Part shown: in pieces, positions 1 to 9,623 of the stretch | How positions within the stretch are numbered: position 1 is the first letter of the stretch | How the letters are laid out: every line of letters begins with the position of its first letter | Virus record (IMG/VR): IMGVR_UViG_3300009124_000007 | Coordinates: 12,967 to 76,966 of that record | Source: a virus | DNA: 64,000 bases | Reading direction: 5' to 3' (one strand) | Translations under genes and position numbers: made by a program | Notes under the pieces: model-generated | Database searches by the model: none | Told to the model about the DNA's origin: nothing | The model's input: only the letters and a program-made list of their open reading frames with translations

Positions 1-422
1 TAGAGCGTCATGGAGACCCTCTTTATGAGATGATAAATAATAGTACCAACAGACCAGTATTTTATGTACATGGTGGAGTAGAGGTACAAGATAGAGAAAG
101 AGTTCGGACTATCACCGAACAATCAAATGACGCAATTATCGTTGCATCCTTCGGCACATTCTCTACTGGTATCAATATCAAAAATCTACATAACGTTATT
201 TTTGCTAGTCCTTCTAAGTCCAGAGTGAGGAACCTTCAATCAATAGGTCGTGTTCTGAGGAAAGGTGAAAATAAATCTCAAGCAGTGCTATATGATCTCG
301 CTGATGACACTTCCAAAGGAATGTCTAGGCGAAACTATACTCTGAATCACCTAATCGAAAGAGTAAAGGTGTACAACGAAGAGAAATTTGATTATGAAAT
401 CTTGGAAGTAAAGATCAAGTAG
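1..422 (+). CDS. uvsW: UvsW RNA-DNA helicase, C-terminal part (begins before the window)
   Basis: SF2 motifs ASFGTFSTGINIKNLHNVIFASPSKSRVRNLQSIGRVLR; typical position upstream of gp55. Confidence 0.93.
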   Translation, partial: ERHGDPLYEMINNSTNRPVFYVHGGVEVQDRERVRTITEQSNDAIIVASFGTFSTGINIKNLHNVIFASPSKSRVRNLQSIGRVLRKGENKSQAVLYDLADDTSKGMSRRNYTLNHLIERVKVYNEEKFDYEILEVKIK

Positions 423-426
423 AACT

Positions 427-867
427 ATGCTCAATTATGTAAAGCACAATGAAGAGTTTCATTGTACTGTCAAACTAAAAGACGGTGCAGAGATCATTGG
501 TCGTGCAATGGTATCTTACGATGATGAGATACAGACACATGTTGTGTACATTCAGGACCCAGTACAGATCAATGTCATCATCAACGACAAAGGTGATGGA
601 AAAGCAGTCCGAGGTATAGGATTCTCCAAGTGGATGAACTTCTCTGACGAAGACTTCTTTATCCTTACTGAGAATAACATTCTGACTATGGCATCTCTTG
701 CACCTGAAATGATTGGCATGTATGAGATGTTCTTGATCAGTGAAGAAGAAGATAAACTGAAAGATACAGACATTTACAAGAACTCTCAACCAGCAGACAC
801 TATCAAAGGGTGCTTAGGCACCATCGAAGAAGCACGTCAGAAGTTAGAAGACATATTCAAAAAGTAA
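427..867 (+). CDS. conserved cyanophage hypothetical protein (possibly Sm-like fold)
   Basis: 146-aa ORF between uvsW and gp55 with an N-terminal VKLKDGAEIIG pattern. Confidence 0.7.
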   Translation: MLNYVKHNEEFHCTVKLKDGAEIIGRAMVSYDDEIQTHVVYIQDPVQINVIINDKGDGKAVRGIGFSKWMNFSDEDFFILTENNILTMASLAPEMIGMYEMFLISEEEDKLKDTDIYKNSQPADTIKGCLGTIEEARQKLEDIFKK

Positions 868-899
868 CTATAAGAGTTCCTTTGAACCCTGGCAGTGTT

Positions 900-950
900 A
901 TTCTACAGAGAAATGAATGACTTGTCAAGTTCTTTTGTTCGTGCTATACT
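900..950. promoter_or_regulatory. back-to-back sigma70 promoters sharing a -35 region
   Basis: + strand: TTGTCA(922-927)-17nt-TATACT(945-950) with extended TG; - strand: TTGACA(928-923)-17nt-TAGAAT(905-900). Confidence 0.7.
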
Positions 951-973
951 TTTGTCAATGGTAAAATAAACTA

Positions 974-1516
974 ATGCTCAGAACTCCAGTGAAAAGAAAA
1001 AAAGAACATTACGTTGACAACAAACAGTTTCTTTCTGCAGTTATTGAGCTGAGAAATTATTTCCTGGAAGGTCAACATCTTGGACATAAGAGTCATATCG
1101 AGTCGGTAAACTATTTTCGGAATCATAGAGATAGAAGAACTAGTGTTAGGTTTCGTAGATGCTACGAGTATTTGGGAGATTGCTTCCTAAAGATTTCTAC
1201 ACACCTATCATATAGACCAAATTTCATCAACTACATGTACAAAGATGACATGATCAATGATGGAATTGAAAACTGCATTCAGTATGTTCTAAACTTCAAT
1301 CCAGAAAAATCTAAGAATCCTTTCGCATACTTTACTCAGATTGTTTATTACGCTTTCCTACGAAGGATAGCAAAAGAGAAACGTCAACTTGACATCAAAG
1401 ATAAAATGATTGAGAAGTCTGGTTTTGATGACATCGCTTCTGTAGATGAAGGTGATACCTATGGAAACAGTTATCACCAGATCAAATCCAAAATCGAAAT
1501 GAGAATGAACTACTGA
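974..1516 (+). CDS. gp55: late-transcription sigma factor gp55
   Basis: HYVDNKQFL, RPNFINYMYKDDMINDGIENC and NPFAYFTQIVYYAFLRRIAKEKRQ motifs. Confidence 0.96.
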   Translation: MLRTPVKRKKEHYVDNKQFLSAVIELRNYFLEGQHLGHKSHIESVNYFRNHRDRRTSVRFRRCYEYLGDCFLKISTHLSYRPNFINYMYKDDMINDGIENCIQYVLNFNPEKSKNPFAYFTQIVYYAFLRRIAKEKRQLDIKDKMIEKSGFDDIASVDEGDTYGNSYHQIKSKIEMRMNY

Positions 1517-2562
1517 TGAAAGTTTTACTAATCACTGACCAACATTTTGGTGTACGCAACGATAATCAAGCATACATTGAAATGTATAAAAAGTTTTATG
1601 GAAATTTAGTAATTCCTTTTATTGACAAAATGGGTATCGACACTATCATCTGCTTAGGTGATACCTTCGATAAACGCAAGTCCATCAACTTTATGTCTCT
1701 AGATGAGGCAAAGCAAATGTGGTTCGACCCTCTTGAACAGATGGGTGTGAAGATGTACATGCTTGTGGGTAATCATGACATCTACTACAAGAACACCCTC
1801 AGGATCAATGCACCCGCAGAACTATTGGGATCTTATAACAACATCGACGTTGTTGAATCTCCCACTACAATTACACTTGATTCTACTGATATACTTCTTC
1901 TCCCATGGATTTGTGATGACAACCGAGGAGACGCCCTACGAGAAGTCCAAAGCAGTACTGCTACTGTCTGTATGGGCCATCTTGAGCTTGACGGTTTTGA
2001 AGCTCATCCTGGTGCTTTCATGAAGGGTGGTATGAATGCATCTGTCTTTGATCGTTTCGATAAAGTGTTCTCTGGACACTTCCACATGAAGTCTTCTAGG
2101 GGCAACATCAACTATCTGGGTAATCCATATCAGTTGTACTGGAATGATTATGGATGTAAGCGTGGGTTCCATGTCTTTGACACTGAAACTCTGAAGACCA
2201 CTTTCTATCGTAATCCCAATGACATGTTCCGAAAGGTTTACTACAACAACGGTACAGTCAGGTTCGATAATCAAGAATCTATTGAAGGTACATATGTAAA
2301 ACTTATCGTTGAGGAGAAAGAGAACCACGCAGAGTTTGATGAGTTCCTCAGAGAACTGCAGGAAATGAAACCAGCAGATCTCAACATTATTGAAAACCTT
2401 TCTGTTGACTTAGAAAATGGTGACGTTGATGTCGGGGAAACCGAAGATACTCTTACCCTTCTAGAAACCTACATAGATGAAGCAAAAGACAAAATAAAGG
2501 CAGACACAGATTCAATCAAGAAACTTCTCAAGTCCCTATACATCGAAGCGTGTGAGATCTAA
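1516..2562 (+). CDS. gp47: recombination endonuclease subunit (Mre11/SbcD-like)
   Basis: Metallophosphoesterase motifs DQHFG, LGDTFD, GNHD, SGHFH. Confidence 0.96.
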   Translation: MKVLLITDQHFGVRNDNQAYIEMYKKFYGNLVIPFIDKMGIDTIICLGDTFDKRKSINFMSLDEAKQMWFDPLEQMGVKMYMLVGNHDIYYKNTLRINAPAELLGSYNNIDVVESPTTITLDSTDILLLPWICDDNRGDALREVQSSTATVCMGHLELDGFEAHPGAFMKGGMNASVFDRFDKVFSGHFHMKSSRGNINYLGNPYQLYWNDYGCKRGFHVFDTETLKTTFYRNPNDMFRKVYYNNGTVRFDNQESIEGTYVKLIVEEKENHAEFDEFLRELQEMKPADLNIIENLSVDLENGDVDVGETEDTLTLLETYIDEAKDKIKADTDSIKKLLKSLYIEACEI

Positions 2563-2813
2563 TGTATATCCTAGTTGCCACAGAAAGTGGAGGTGTGTAT
2601 GCCTCTAGAGATCAGAACAGAAAAAAAGTAGTTCAAATTTTTGTGGAAGAGGATGATGCTACCAGATATCTGGGAATGTTAGATGCAGAAGGGTTTCAAG
2701 AAGACCTAGAAGTTACTGAAGTAGATATAACAGTAGTGGTTGCCAACTGCAAGAAATACGGTTATAATTACTGCATTGTAGAACCAAATCAGTTAGTGAT
2801 ACCCCCCTCATGA
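2562..2813 (+). CDS. DUF3110-like cyanobacterial/cyanophage protein
   Basis: FVEEDDATRY...LVIPP pattern; lies between gp47 and gp46. Confidence 0.65.
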   Translation: MYILVATESGGVYASRDQNRKKVVQIFVEEDDATRYLGMLDAEGFQEDLEVTEVDITVVVANCKKYGYNYCIVEPNQLVIPPS

Positions 2814-4531
2814 TTTTATTTGAAAAGATTCGATGGAAGAACTTCTTATCAACTGGTAACCAGTTCACGGAGTTCAACCTGATGGATTGTTCTTCCACGT
2901 TGGTGATTGGCAGAAACGGTGCTGGCAAATCAACCATCTTGGATGCTTTGTGCTTTGGTCTATTCAACAAACCATTTCGTAAAATCAACAAACCACAGTT
3001 AGTAAATACCATCAACGAAAAAGACTGCATCGTTGAGGTGGAGTTTTCTGTAAACATGTTTCATTACAAAGTTGTAAGGGGAATCAAACCAACTAAATTT
3101 GAGGTATACAAAGATGGACAACTCTTGGATCAAGATGCTGCATCAAAAGATACTCAAAAGTACTTGGAGCAGTCAATTCTCAAACTCAACTACAAATCTT
3201 TTACACAGGTCGTCATCCTGGGAAGTTCAACGTTTGTACCGTTCATGCAACTCCCAGCAGCTCATCGAAGGGAAGTAATTGAGGATCTGCTGGACATCGG
3301 CATTTTTTCTAACATGAATACAATCCTGAAGGATCGTGTTAGTGCTTTGAGACAGCATCAGAGTGATTGCGATCACATGCTCAAACTTGCATCTGAGAAA
3401 GTGTCAATGCAAGAACGCAACATTGAGAATCTAGAGAAGGTTACTGACGATAGACTCTTAGAGAAACAAAACAAAATCTCTGACAATCAGAAAGAGATTG
3501 AGAAACTACAAGAAACAATTCTTGAACTGAAAAAAATAATTGATACAAAAGAAAACAATGCCGATGAACGGCATGATGTTTCTGAACGTATTGACAAACT
3601 CAAGATCATGCGAGCAAAGATCTCCGAGAAGAAACGCATGGTAGCAAAAGAACTCAAGTTCTTTATAGACAATGATACTTGCCCAACATGTCGTCAAGCA
3701 ATTCAACCAGACTTCAAAACAAATCGAACTGCAGAACTAGATGCTAAGGAGATTGAGTATGAAGATGCATTGGGTCAAATCACAACTACCATTGATCAGT
3801 CTGTTGAATCTCTGCATGTTTTGGAAGAGAAGTCTAAAGAACTTGCAGATCTCCGTTCTAACTACAACATACACGAACGAGAGGTTGTTCGATTTGAGTT
3901 TGAGAATCTAAACCTCAACAAAGAAATTATTGCTTTGCAATCAAATCAAACTGATGTTGATGCTGAACGAAAAACTCTAAATCAACTTAGAGAAGAGTAT
4001 GGCAAAACTAAGCAAGACTGTGCTAGTATAAGTAAAGAGTGCGACGAATACCGAATCGTTTCTAACCTACTGAAGGATTCGGGAATCAAGAGTCGAATCA
4101 TCAAGAAGTACATCCCTGTGTTCAATCAACTTATCAATAAGTATTTGCACAGTATGGACTTCTACGTCAACTTCACACTTGACGAAAACTTTGATGAGAA
4201 AATCAAGTCTCGATTCCGTGACGACTTTTCTTATGCATCGTTCTCTGAAGGTGAGAAGCAGAAGATCGACCTGGCACTCCTCTTCACTTGGCGAGAAATC
4301 GCACGAATGAAGAACAGCGTCTCTACCAACCTCCTGATTTTGGATGAGGTTTTCGACTCCTCACTAGACGATGGTGGCACACAAGAACTTCTAAAGATCT
4401 TGCGTAATCTGGGAAATGATGCTAATATATTCGTCATCTCCCATAAGGGAGAAATCCTAGTCGATAAGTTCCTCAGAACTGCTATCTTTGAGAAGGTCAA
4501 TGACTTTTCCAAAATGCGTTATGATGGATGA
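2810..4531 (+). CDS. gp46: recombination ATPase subunit (Rad50/SbcC-like)
   Basis: Walker A GRNGAGKS, CPTC zinc hook, coiled coil, FSEGEK signature, LILDEVFD. Confidence 0.97.
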   Translation: MILFEKIRWKNFLSTGNQFTEFNLMDCSSTLVIGRNGAGKSTILDALCFGLFNKPFRKINKPQLVNTINEKDCIVEVEFSVNMFHYKVVRGIKPTKFEVYKDGQLLDQDAASKDTQKYLEQSILKLNYKSFTQVVILGSSTFVPFMQLPAAHRREVIEDLLDIGIFSNMNTILKDRVSALRQHQSDCDHMLKLASEKVSMQERNIENLEKVTDDRLLEKQNKISDNQKEIEKLQETILELKKIIDTKENNADERHDVSERIDKLKIMRAKISEKKRMVAKELKFFIDNDTCPTCRQAIQPDFKTNRTAELDAKEIEYEDALGQITTTIDQSVESLHVLEEKSKELADLRSNYNIHEREVVRFEFENLNLNKEIIALQSNQTDVDAERKTLNQLREEYGKTKQDCASISKECDEYRIVSNLLKDSGIKSRIIKKYIPVFNQLINKYLHSMDFYVNFTLDENFDEKIKSRFRDDFSYASFSEGEKQKIDLALLFTWREIARMKNSVSTNLLILDEVFDSSLDDGGTQELLKILRNLGNDANIFVISHKGEILVDKFLRTAIFEKVNDFSKMRYDG

Positions 4532-4560
4532 CAGTTTCTAGGGGACTTCGGTCCCCGCTA

Positions 4561-4634
4561 CGAGCATTAGCGCAGTTTGGTAGCGCATTCGCTTTGGGAG
4601 CGAAGGGTCGTAGGTTCAAATCCTACATGCTCGA
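4561..4634 (+). tRNA. tRNA-Pro(TGG)
   Basis: Cloverleaf: acceptor CGAGCAT/ATGCTCG, anticodon stem TTCGC/GCGAA with loop TT-TGG-GA, T arm GTAGG-TTCAAAT-CCTAC; no encoded CCA. Confidence 0.95.
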
Positions 4635-4653
4635 CTCCGTGTGAAGGAAGTGT

Positions 4654-4691
4654 AAGGAGGGCTTGACGCCCTCCTTTTTCTTTGCTATATT
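4654..4691 (+). terminator. intrinsic terminator overlapping a sigma70 promoter
   Basis: Stem AAGGAGGGC/GCCCTCCTT plus T-tract; the loop TTGAC is the -35 of TTGACG-17-TATATT. Confidence 0.75.
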
Positions 4692-4711
4692 GCAGGAAAA
4701 TTTTTCACCCC

Positions 4712-4903
4712 ATGTACAAACCTTATTCTCCTGAGTGGCACCGCCATAGATACTTGAAGGAAGCACTTGATAAGTATATCGATGATGGTGTGGACAACCA
4801 AACCATTTTGAACGATATCCTAAATATAGTCAGTGCTCGTGCTGAAACCGCATATAGCGAGTTTAGTAGACTAAATGATCTAGAGTCAAAATTGAGGGAA
4901 TAG
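4712..4903 (+). CDS. conserved cyanophage hypothetical protein
   Basis: MYKPYSPEWHRHRYLKEALDKY; downstream of the promoter. Confidence 0.7.
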   Translation: MYKPYSPEWHRHRYLKEALDKYIDDGVDNQTILNDILNIVSARAETAYSEFSRLNDLESKLRE

Positions 4904-4904
4904 T

Positions 4905-5222
4905 ATGCTTTCGACTGCATATCGTAAAAGGTTAGAGGGGATCTGCCAAAAGATATCCATGGGGGAAGAGGTAGATCTACAAGATATGATTTGGGCAGAA
5001 AAAATTGCTAAGTCATATACCACTGCTAGAGACTGGTTGAATCAAGCAAGACGCAAAGCAGCAAATCCAGATATGCAGGAAGGTAGTATGGATGATTTTA
5101 TGAATAGGATGGGATTAGGTGACCCCGACCCATCCAATCACAAAACGGGGTTCGGTTCTGCAGATGAAATTGTAGACTGGTTCAACAGAGACAAACCTGA
5201 TGATTGGAGACAACGTGACTAA
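4905..5222 (+). CDS. conserved cyanophage hypothetical protein
   Basis: 105-aa ORF ending KPDDWRQRD; tight operon packing. Confidence 0.75.
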   Translation: MLSTAYRKRLEGICQKISMGEEVDLQDMIWAEKIAKSYTTARDWLNQARRKAANPDMQEGSMDDFMNRMGLGDPDPSNHKTGFGSADEIVDWFNRDKPDDWRQRD

Positions 5223-5442
5223 CGACTTTCTTGATAATCTGGCAAACCATCAATACCAGAAAATGAATAATGAACCCATGATAAAAGGTGATTGGCGCAA
5301 AGCAACTAATAAAGCAATTGCTGCCAATCTCATTGAAAGTCTTGAAAAACTTTTAGGTGGGGAAGCAAAGCATTACATTTGCTGTGATAGAACTACCGAA
5401 CATGAAAAAATTGTAATCGAGTATAACCACAAGAACAAATGA
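5200..5442 (+). CDS. hypothetical protein
   Basis: ORF overlapping its neighbours; start uncertain. Confidence 0.55.
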   Translation: MIGDNVTNDFLDNLANHQYQKMNNEPMIKGDWRKATNKAIAANLIESLEKLLGGEAKHYICCDRTTEHEKIVIEYNHKNK

Positions 5443-5678
5443 TTCAAGCACTAGTGTATGGTAACGGCGGTCAAGAATCTGAACGAGCAATTATGGTTCT
5501 TGAAGCATGTGGTCAGGATGTAAGAGAATTCTTACTAGGTGCTGACTTTAGCGACAAACAATTCAGAGCAGAATTTGGATCGGAAGCAGAGTACCCACAG
5601 ATTGCCATTGGGTTGGACCATCGTGGCAGTTTGAAGGAAACTCTCAAGTACATGAGTGACAAAGGGATGTTCACCTAA
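5439..5678 (+). CDS. glutaredoxin-fold protein lacking CxxC
   Basis: FRAEFGSEAEYPQI resembles the Grx cis-Pro motif (FGNGSTFPQV in 50961..51197). Confidence 0.65.
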   Translation: MIQALVYGNGGQESERAIMVLEACGQDVREFLLGADFSDKQFRAEFGSEAEYPQIAIGLDHRGSLKETLKYMSDKGMFT

Positions 5679-5680
5679 GG

Positions 5681-5725
5681 AACTGGCACAGTAGTTTGAC
5701 GGGTTGACCTATGGGACGCTATAAT
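5681..5725 (+). promoter_or_regulatory. early promoter with upstream AACTGGCACA motif
   Basis: AACTGGCACA(5681-5690) followed by TTGACG-18-TATAAT. Confidence 0.7.
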
Positions 5726-5749
5726 GGTTACATACCAAAAGAACCAGAG

Positions 5750-7852
5750 ATGACCGTCAACACCGAAGTCAAAGGTACTCTTGCCAAACTGCTGGCAACT
5801 GAGAATCTGACCATCGAACATCGTAAGACTAGTACTGCTTACTTTGACGTTGAGCGTCGTTTGCTTGCCCTGCCTATCTGGAAGGACGTTACGGGCGACG
5901 TATACGACCTTTTAGTGGGTCACGAAGTTGGTCATGCACTCTATACCCCTGCAGATGATTTCGGCACTGCTCCAAAGGATTATGTGAACGTTCTGGAGGA
6001 TGCTCGGGTTGAGCGTAAGATGAAGGTAACTTATCCTGGTCTTCGTAAGTCCTTCTTCAAAGGATATCAAGAACTCAACAACCGCGACTTTTTTGCTGTT
6101 GAGGGTTGTGACATCTCTAAGATGAATCTGATTGACCGTATCAATCTTCATTACAAGATTGGCGGTGAATTTGATGTACCTTTTACGGAAGAAGAACAGG
6201 TATGGGTTGATCGTGTTGGTGCGACTATCACCTTTGCCGACGTTGTAAAACTTGCTGAAGAACTTTATGCATATGCAAAGGAGTGTCAGAAAAAGCAAGA
6301 ACCTGTTCCGACTCCTCCTACTCAGGCGCAGGGTTCGTCCAACTCGGACGAATATGATCCTCCGTCAAACTCACAAACTGATGAGACATCTGACGAGGGA
6401 GAAGATACTGACAGTGATAGCGATAGCGATTTTGACGAGAGCGACGTTGATCCTTTTTCTCTAGATTATACAGATCCTTCTGTTTCTCAAACAGAACGTG
6501 CATGGACTGATAACCAGCATACCCTGGTTGATGATGATGCTAAAGAATGGATCTACCTAGATCTTCCTAAAATCAAACTGGACAATGTGATTGTGCCGTG
6601 GAAAGTTGTTCAGAATGATCTGGGTCAGTATTTCGCTGAGCATGAAGGGATTCGTTCTTTGGACATGACTTATGGAAAGTATGAAGAGTACAAGAAGTCT
6701 GCTCAGAAGTCTGTCAACTATCTGGTCAAACAGTTTGAGATGAAGAAGTCTGCAGCAGAGTATGCTCGTGCTGCTACGTCTAAGACTGGTGTTATCAATA
6801 CCAACAAACTGCACAATTACAAGTTTAGTGATGACATCTTCAAGAAGGTAACTGTGCTGCCTGATGGTAAAAATCATGGTCTGATCTTCCAGTTGGATTG
6901 GTCTGGTTCTATGCATGATGTGATGATGGATACTATCCGTCAACTCTATAATCTGATCTGGTTCTGTAAGAAGGTGCAGATTCCTTTCCTGGTCTATGCA
7001 TTCCAATCACAGGATCACCACTACGGTGAAGTTTCTCCAGATAAGTTTGAAATCAAAGAGAACACTCTCTCTGTTGCTCACGATTTTAGTCTGATTGAGT
7101 TGTTCTCTTCTAAGATGAACAATAGGCAACTTGATAATCAGATGAAGTATGTGTGGGCACAGTGTTGGGGAATGACTTCAAACTGGGCAACTCACGGTTC
7201 TGCATGGAAGTATAGTCTTGGTTCTACTCCTCTGGCAGAAGCAATTCTCTGCACTAAGGAACTGGTCAAGAGATTTCGAGCAGTGGAAAAGATTGAGAAA
7301 GTCAACGTAATTGCCCTGACTGATGGTGAGGCAAACCCTCTCAGGTTTGTTGTTACCAAACGTGAAAGCGAGAAGTATGGTGATCACTGGGTCCAAGATT
7401 ACCTGTGTCACAATATCCGCAAAGTTTTTATCCTTCGTGATCCTGTCACTGGATATCAACGTAAGATCAATCCTTCTCCACACAAGACCACACTGGAGAT
7501 TGTATCTTTTGTTAGAGAGATTACAGATTATAACTGGATTGGATTTAGACTCTGTTCTAAGTCTGATGTTCAGCACCTGCTCCGTTCGATATTACCCAAT
7601 GAAGAAGAAATCAGTGCTATCATGAAGACGTGGACAAAAGAACGTTATGCTGAGTTGAAGCATGATGGAGGATTCGATGTTCAATACTTCATTCCAAACC
7701 GATACATTGGTGGTGGAACAGATGATATTGAAGTAAAACAAAAGGGTGAGGTTGCCACAAAAGCAGAACTTACCCGAGCATTCCGAAAGCATATGGGTTC
7801 TAAAATGACTAATAAAACTTTGTTGAATAAATTTGTGGAGATGATCGCTTGA
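5750..7852 (+). CDS. metallopeptidase-like (HExxH) plus vWA domain protein, CobT-like partner of the MoxR ATPase
   Basis: LVGHEVGHAL, acidic linker, MIDAS DWSGSM...STPL...LTDGE; start placed after the promoter at MTVNTEVK. Confidence 0.8.
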   Translation: MTVNTEVKGTLAKLLATENLTIEHRKTSTAYFDVERRLLALPIWKDVTGDVYDLLVGHEVGHALYTPADDFGTAPKDYVNVLEDARVERKMKVTYPGLRKSFFKGYQELNNRDFFAVEGCDISKMNLIDRINLHYKIGGEFDVPFTEEEQVWVDRVGATITFADVVKLAEELYAYAKECQKKQEPVPTPPTQAQGSSNSDEYDPPSNSQTDETSDEGEDTDSDSDSDFDESDVDPFSLDYTDPSVSQTERAWTDNQHTLVDDDAKEWIYLDLPKIKLDNVIVPWKVVQNDLGQYFAEHEGIRSLDMTYGKYEEYKKSAQKSVNYLVKQFEMKKSAAEYARAATSKTGVINTNKLHNYKFSDDIFKKVTVLPDGKNHGLIFQLDWSGSMHDVMMDTIRQLYNLIWFCKKVQIPFLVYAFQSQDHHYGEVSPDKFEIKENTLSVAHDFSLIELFSSKMNNRQLDNQMKYVWAQCWGMTSNWATHGSAWKYSLGSTPLAEAILCTKELVKRFRAVEKIEKVNVIALTDGEANPLRFVVTKRESEKYGDHWVQDYLCHNIRKVFILRDPVTGYQRKINPSPHKTTLEIVSFVREITDYNWIGFRLCSKSDVQHLLRSILPNEEEISAIMKTWTKERYAELKHDGGFDVQYFIPNRYIGGGTDDIEVKQKGEVATKAELTRAFRKHMGSKMTNKTLLNKFVEMIA

Positions 7853-8244
7853 AACACGTACTTTTTACACTCTATCGGTGTGATGTAGAATTGCTCAATG
7901 ACCGAATGTTTATTGAGAATCTTTTGTATGAAACTGCATCTGAATGTGGATCCACATTTCTAAATACAGTATCACACCAATTTGAACCTCAGGGTGTTAC
8001 TGCGGTCACTTTGCTAGCAGAATCTCATATCTCAATTCACACTTGGCCAGAGAATCAGATGGCAGTATGTGACATCTTTACCTGTGGTGATCATACTGAT
8101 CCTATGAAAGGATTCTGGTTTATGAAAGAGAAACTCAAGTCTCTTTGTGCGACTCATCGAGAATACATTCGTCCATTCGATACCCCTGTGCCAGTTGATG
8201 AAGCGGTTTCTACCGTGGTCAGTCACGGCACTTCCGTGCTATAA
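7849..8244 (+). CDS. speD: S-adenosylmethionine decarboxylase proenzyme
   Basis: FEPQGVTAVTLLAESHISIHTWPE and CDIFTCG. Confidence 0.92.
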   Translation: MKHVLFTLYRCDVELLNDRMFIENLLYETASECGSTFLNTVSHQFEPQGVTAVTLLAESHISIHTWPENQMAVCDIFTCGDHTDPMKGFWFMKEKLKSLCATHREYIRPFDTPVPVDEAVSTVVSHGTSVL

Positions 8245-8272
8245 TTACTAGGTAATCAAAGGAAAACACTCC

Positions 8273-9349
8273 ATGCCTCGCAAGTCTCAAGTTACTACTG
8301 AAAATCTGGTCAATCAACTGACTGATATGTTCGGTGTTGAGGTTGGTGCTGATCAAGTCCGTACTGCTGCTGATCAGATGGGTATCTCTTACCCCACTGC
8401 TTGCAAACGTTTGGATCAGTACAAGACCAGTCGTGGTAAGTGGAACCTTACTGCTCAAGAAGTTCGTCAAAAAGTAGAGACTATCGTTCACAATCTCGTT
8501 CCCGAAGTCAATGATTCCTACGTCCCTTTCGGTAATTTTGTCGATATCAAGAAAGTTGTTCGCTCTGGGCAATTTTATCCTGTCTTCATCACTGGTCTTT
8601 CTGGCAATGGAAAAACTTATTCCGTGGAACAGTCTTGCGCTCAACTTGACCGTGAACTGATCCGAGTCAACATTACTATTGAAACTGATGAAGACGATCT
8701 TCTTGGCGGTTTCCGTCTGGTTGACGGTAATACTGCTTGGCACAATGGTCCTGTGGTTGAAGCTCTTGAGCGAGGTGCTATTCTCCTCTTGGACGAAATC
8801 GATCTGGCGTCCAACAAAATTCTTTGTCTACAGTCTATTCTCGAAGGCAAAGGTGTTTTCCTGAAAAAAATTGGTCGTTATGTAAAACCCGCTAAAGGAT
8901 TCAATGTTATTGCAACTGCAAATACTAAAGGTAAAGGCAGCGATGACGGTCGCTTTATTGGAACTAACGTTCTCAATGAGGCATTCCTAGAACGATTCCC
9001 CATCACCTTTGAGCAGGACTATCCCACTGCTGCAACTGAAATCAAGATTCTACAAAACGTTGGTGCCGACGATCAGTTTGCTGATAACCTAGTCAAATGG
9101 GCAGGTGTTATCCGCAAAACTTTCTTTGATGGTGGAGTTGATGAAGTCATCACCACTCGTCGCCTGGTGCATATTGTTCAGGCATATCAAATCTTCGGTG
9201 ATCGCATCAAAGCAATCACCAATTGTGTCAACCGTTTTGATTCTGACACCAAACAATCTTTCCTCGAACTTTATTCTAAGGTTGACGCAGGAGAGGATTC
9301 CGAGTACAATCAAGAAAACCAAAATCTTCTACATGATGAACAAGTATAA
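8273..9349 (+). CDS. cobS: CobS-like MoxR-family AAA+ ATPase
   Basis: GLSGNGKT, LLLDEID, ATANTKGKG, NEAFLERF. Confidence 0.9.
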   Translation: MPRKSQVTTENLVNQLTDMFGVEVGADQVRTAADQMGISYPTACKRLDQYKTSRGKWNLTAQEVRQKVETIVHNLVPEVNDSYVPFGNFVDIKKVVRSGQFYPVFITGLSGNGKTYSVEQSCAQLDRELIRVNITIETDEDDLLGGFRLVDGNTAWHNGPVVEALERGAILLLDEIDLASNKILCLQSILEGKGVFLKKIGRYVKPAKGFNVIATANTKGKGSDDGRFIGTNVLNEAFLERFPITFEQDYPTAATEIKILQNVGADDQFADNLVKWAGVIRKTFFDGGVDEVITTRRLVHIVQAYQIFGDRIKAITNCVNRFDSDTKQSFLELYSKVDAGEDSEYNQENQNLLHDEQV

Positions 9350-9623
9350 TGAAGATCAACTCCTGAAGGAGTTGCGTGATTACATTGCCAGCACGTATGG
9401 TCAACATTATTCTGCTGGCAATGATAGCATTCAGACTCTAGATCTGATTGAAGCATGTGGTGATGCTGAGGCATTCTGTCGGAGTAACATCCTGAAGTAT
9501 GCATCTCGATATGACAAGAAGGGCAGTGCTCGTCGTGACATTATCAAGATTCTGCATTACGCATTGCTTCTTCTTCACTTTAGTGACAAATCTGCACCCC
9601 CTATTGAAACGTATCCTCAATGA
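9333..9623 (+). CDS. DUF3310-like conserved phage protein
   Basis: HY...FCRSNILKYASRYDKKG...DIIKILHY. Confidence 0.75.
   Translation: MMNKYNEDQLLKELRDYIASTYGQHYSAGNDSIQTLDLIEACGDAEAFCRSNILKYASRYDKKGSARRDIIKILHYALLLLHFSDKSAPPIETYPQ

Noticed and set aside
8273-9349. Cobalamin biosynthesis role for 'cobS'
   Set aside because: No other cob genes in the window; the context fits a MoxR-vWA chaperone pair
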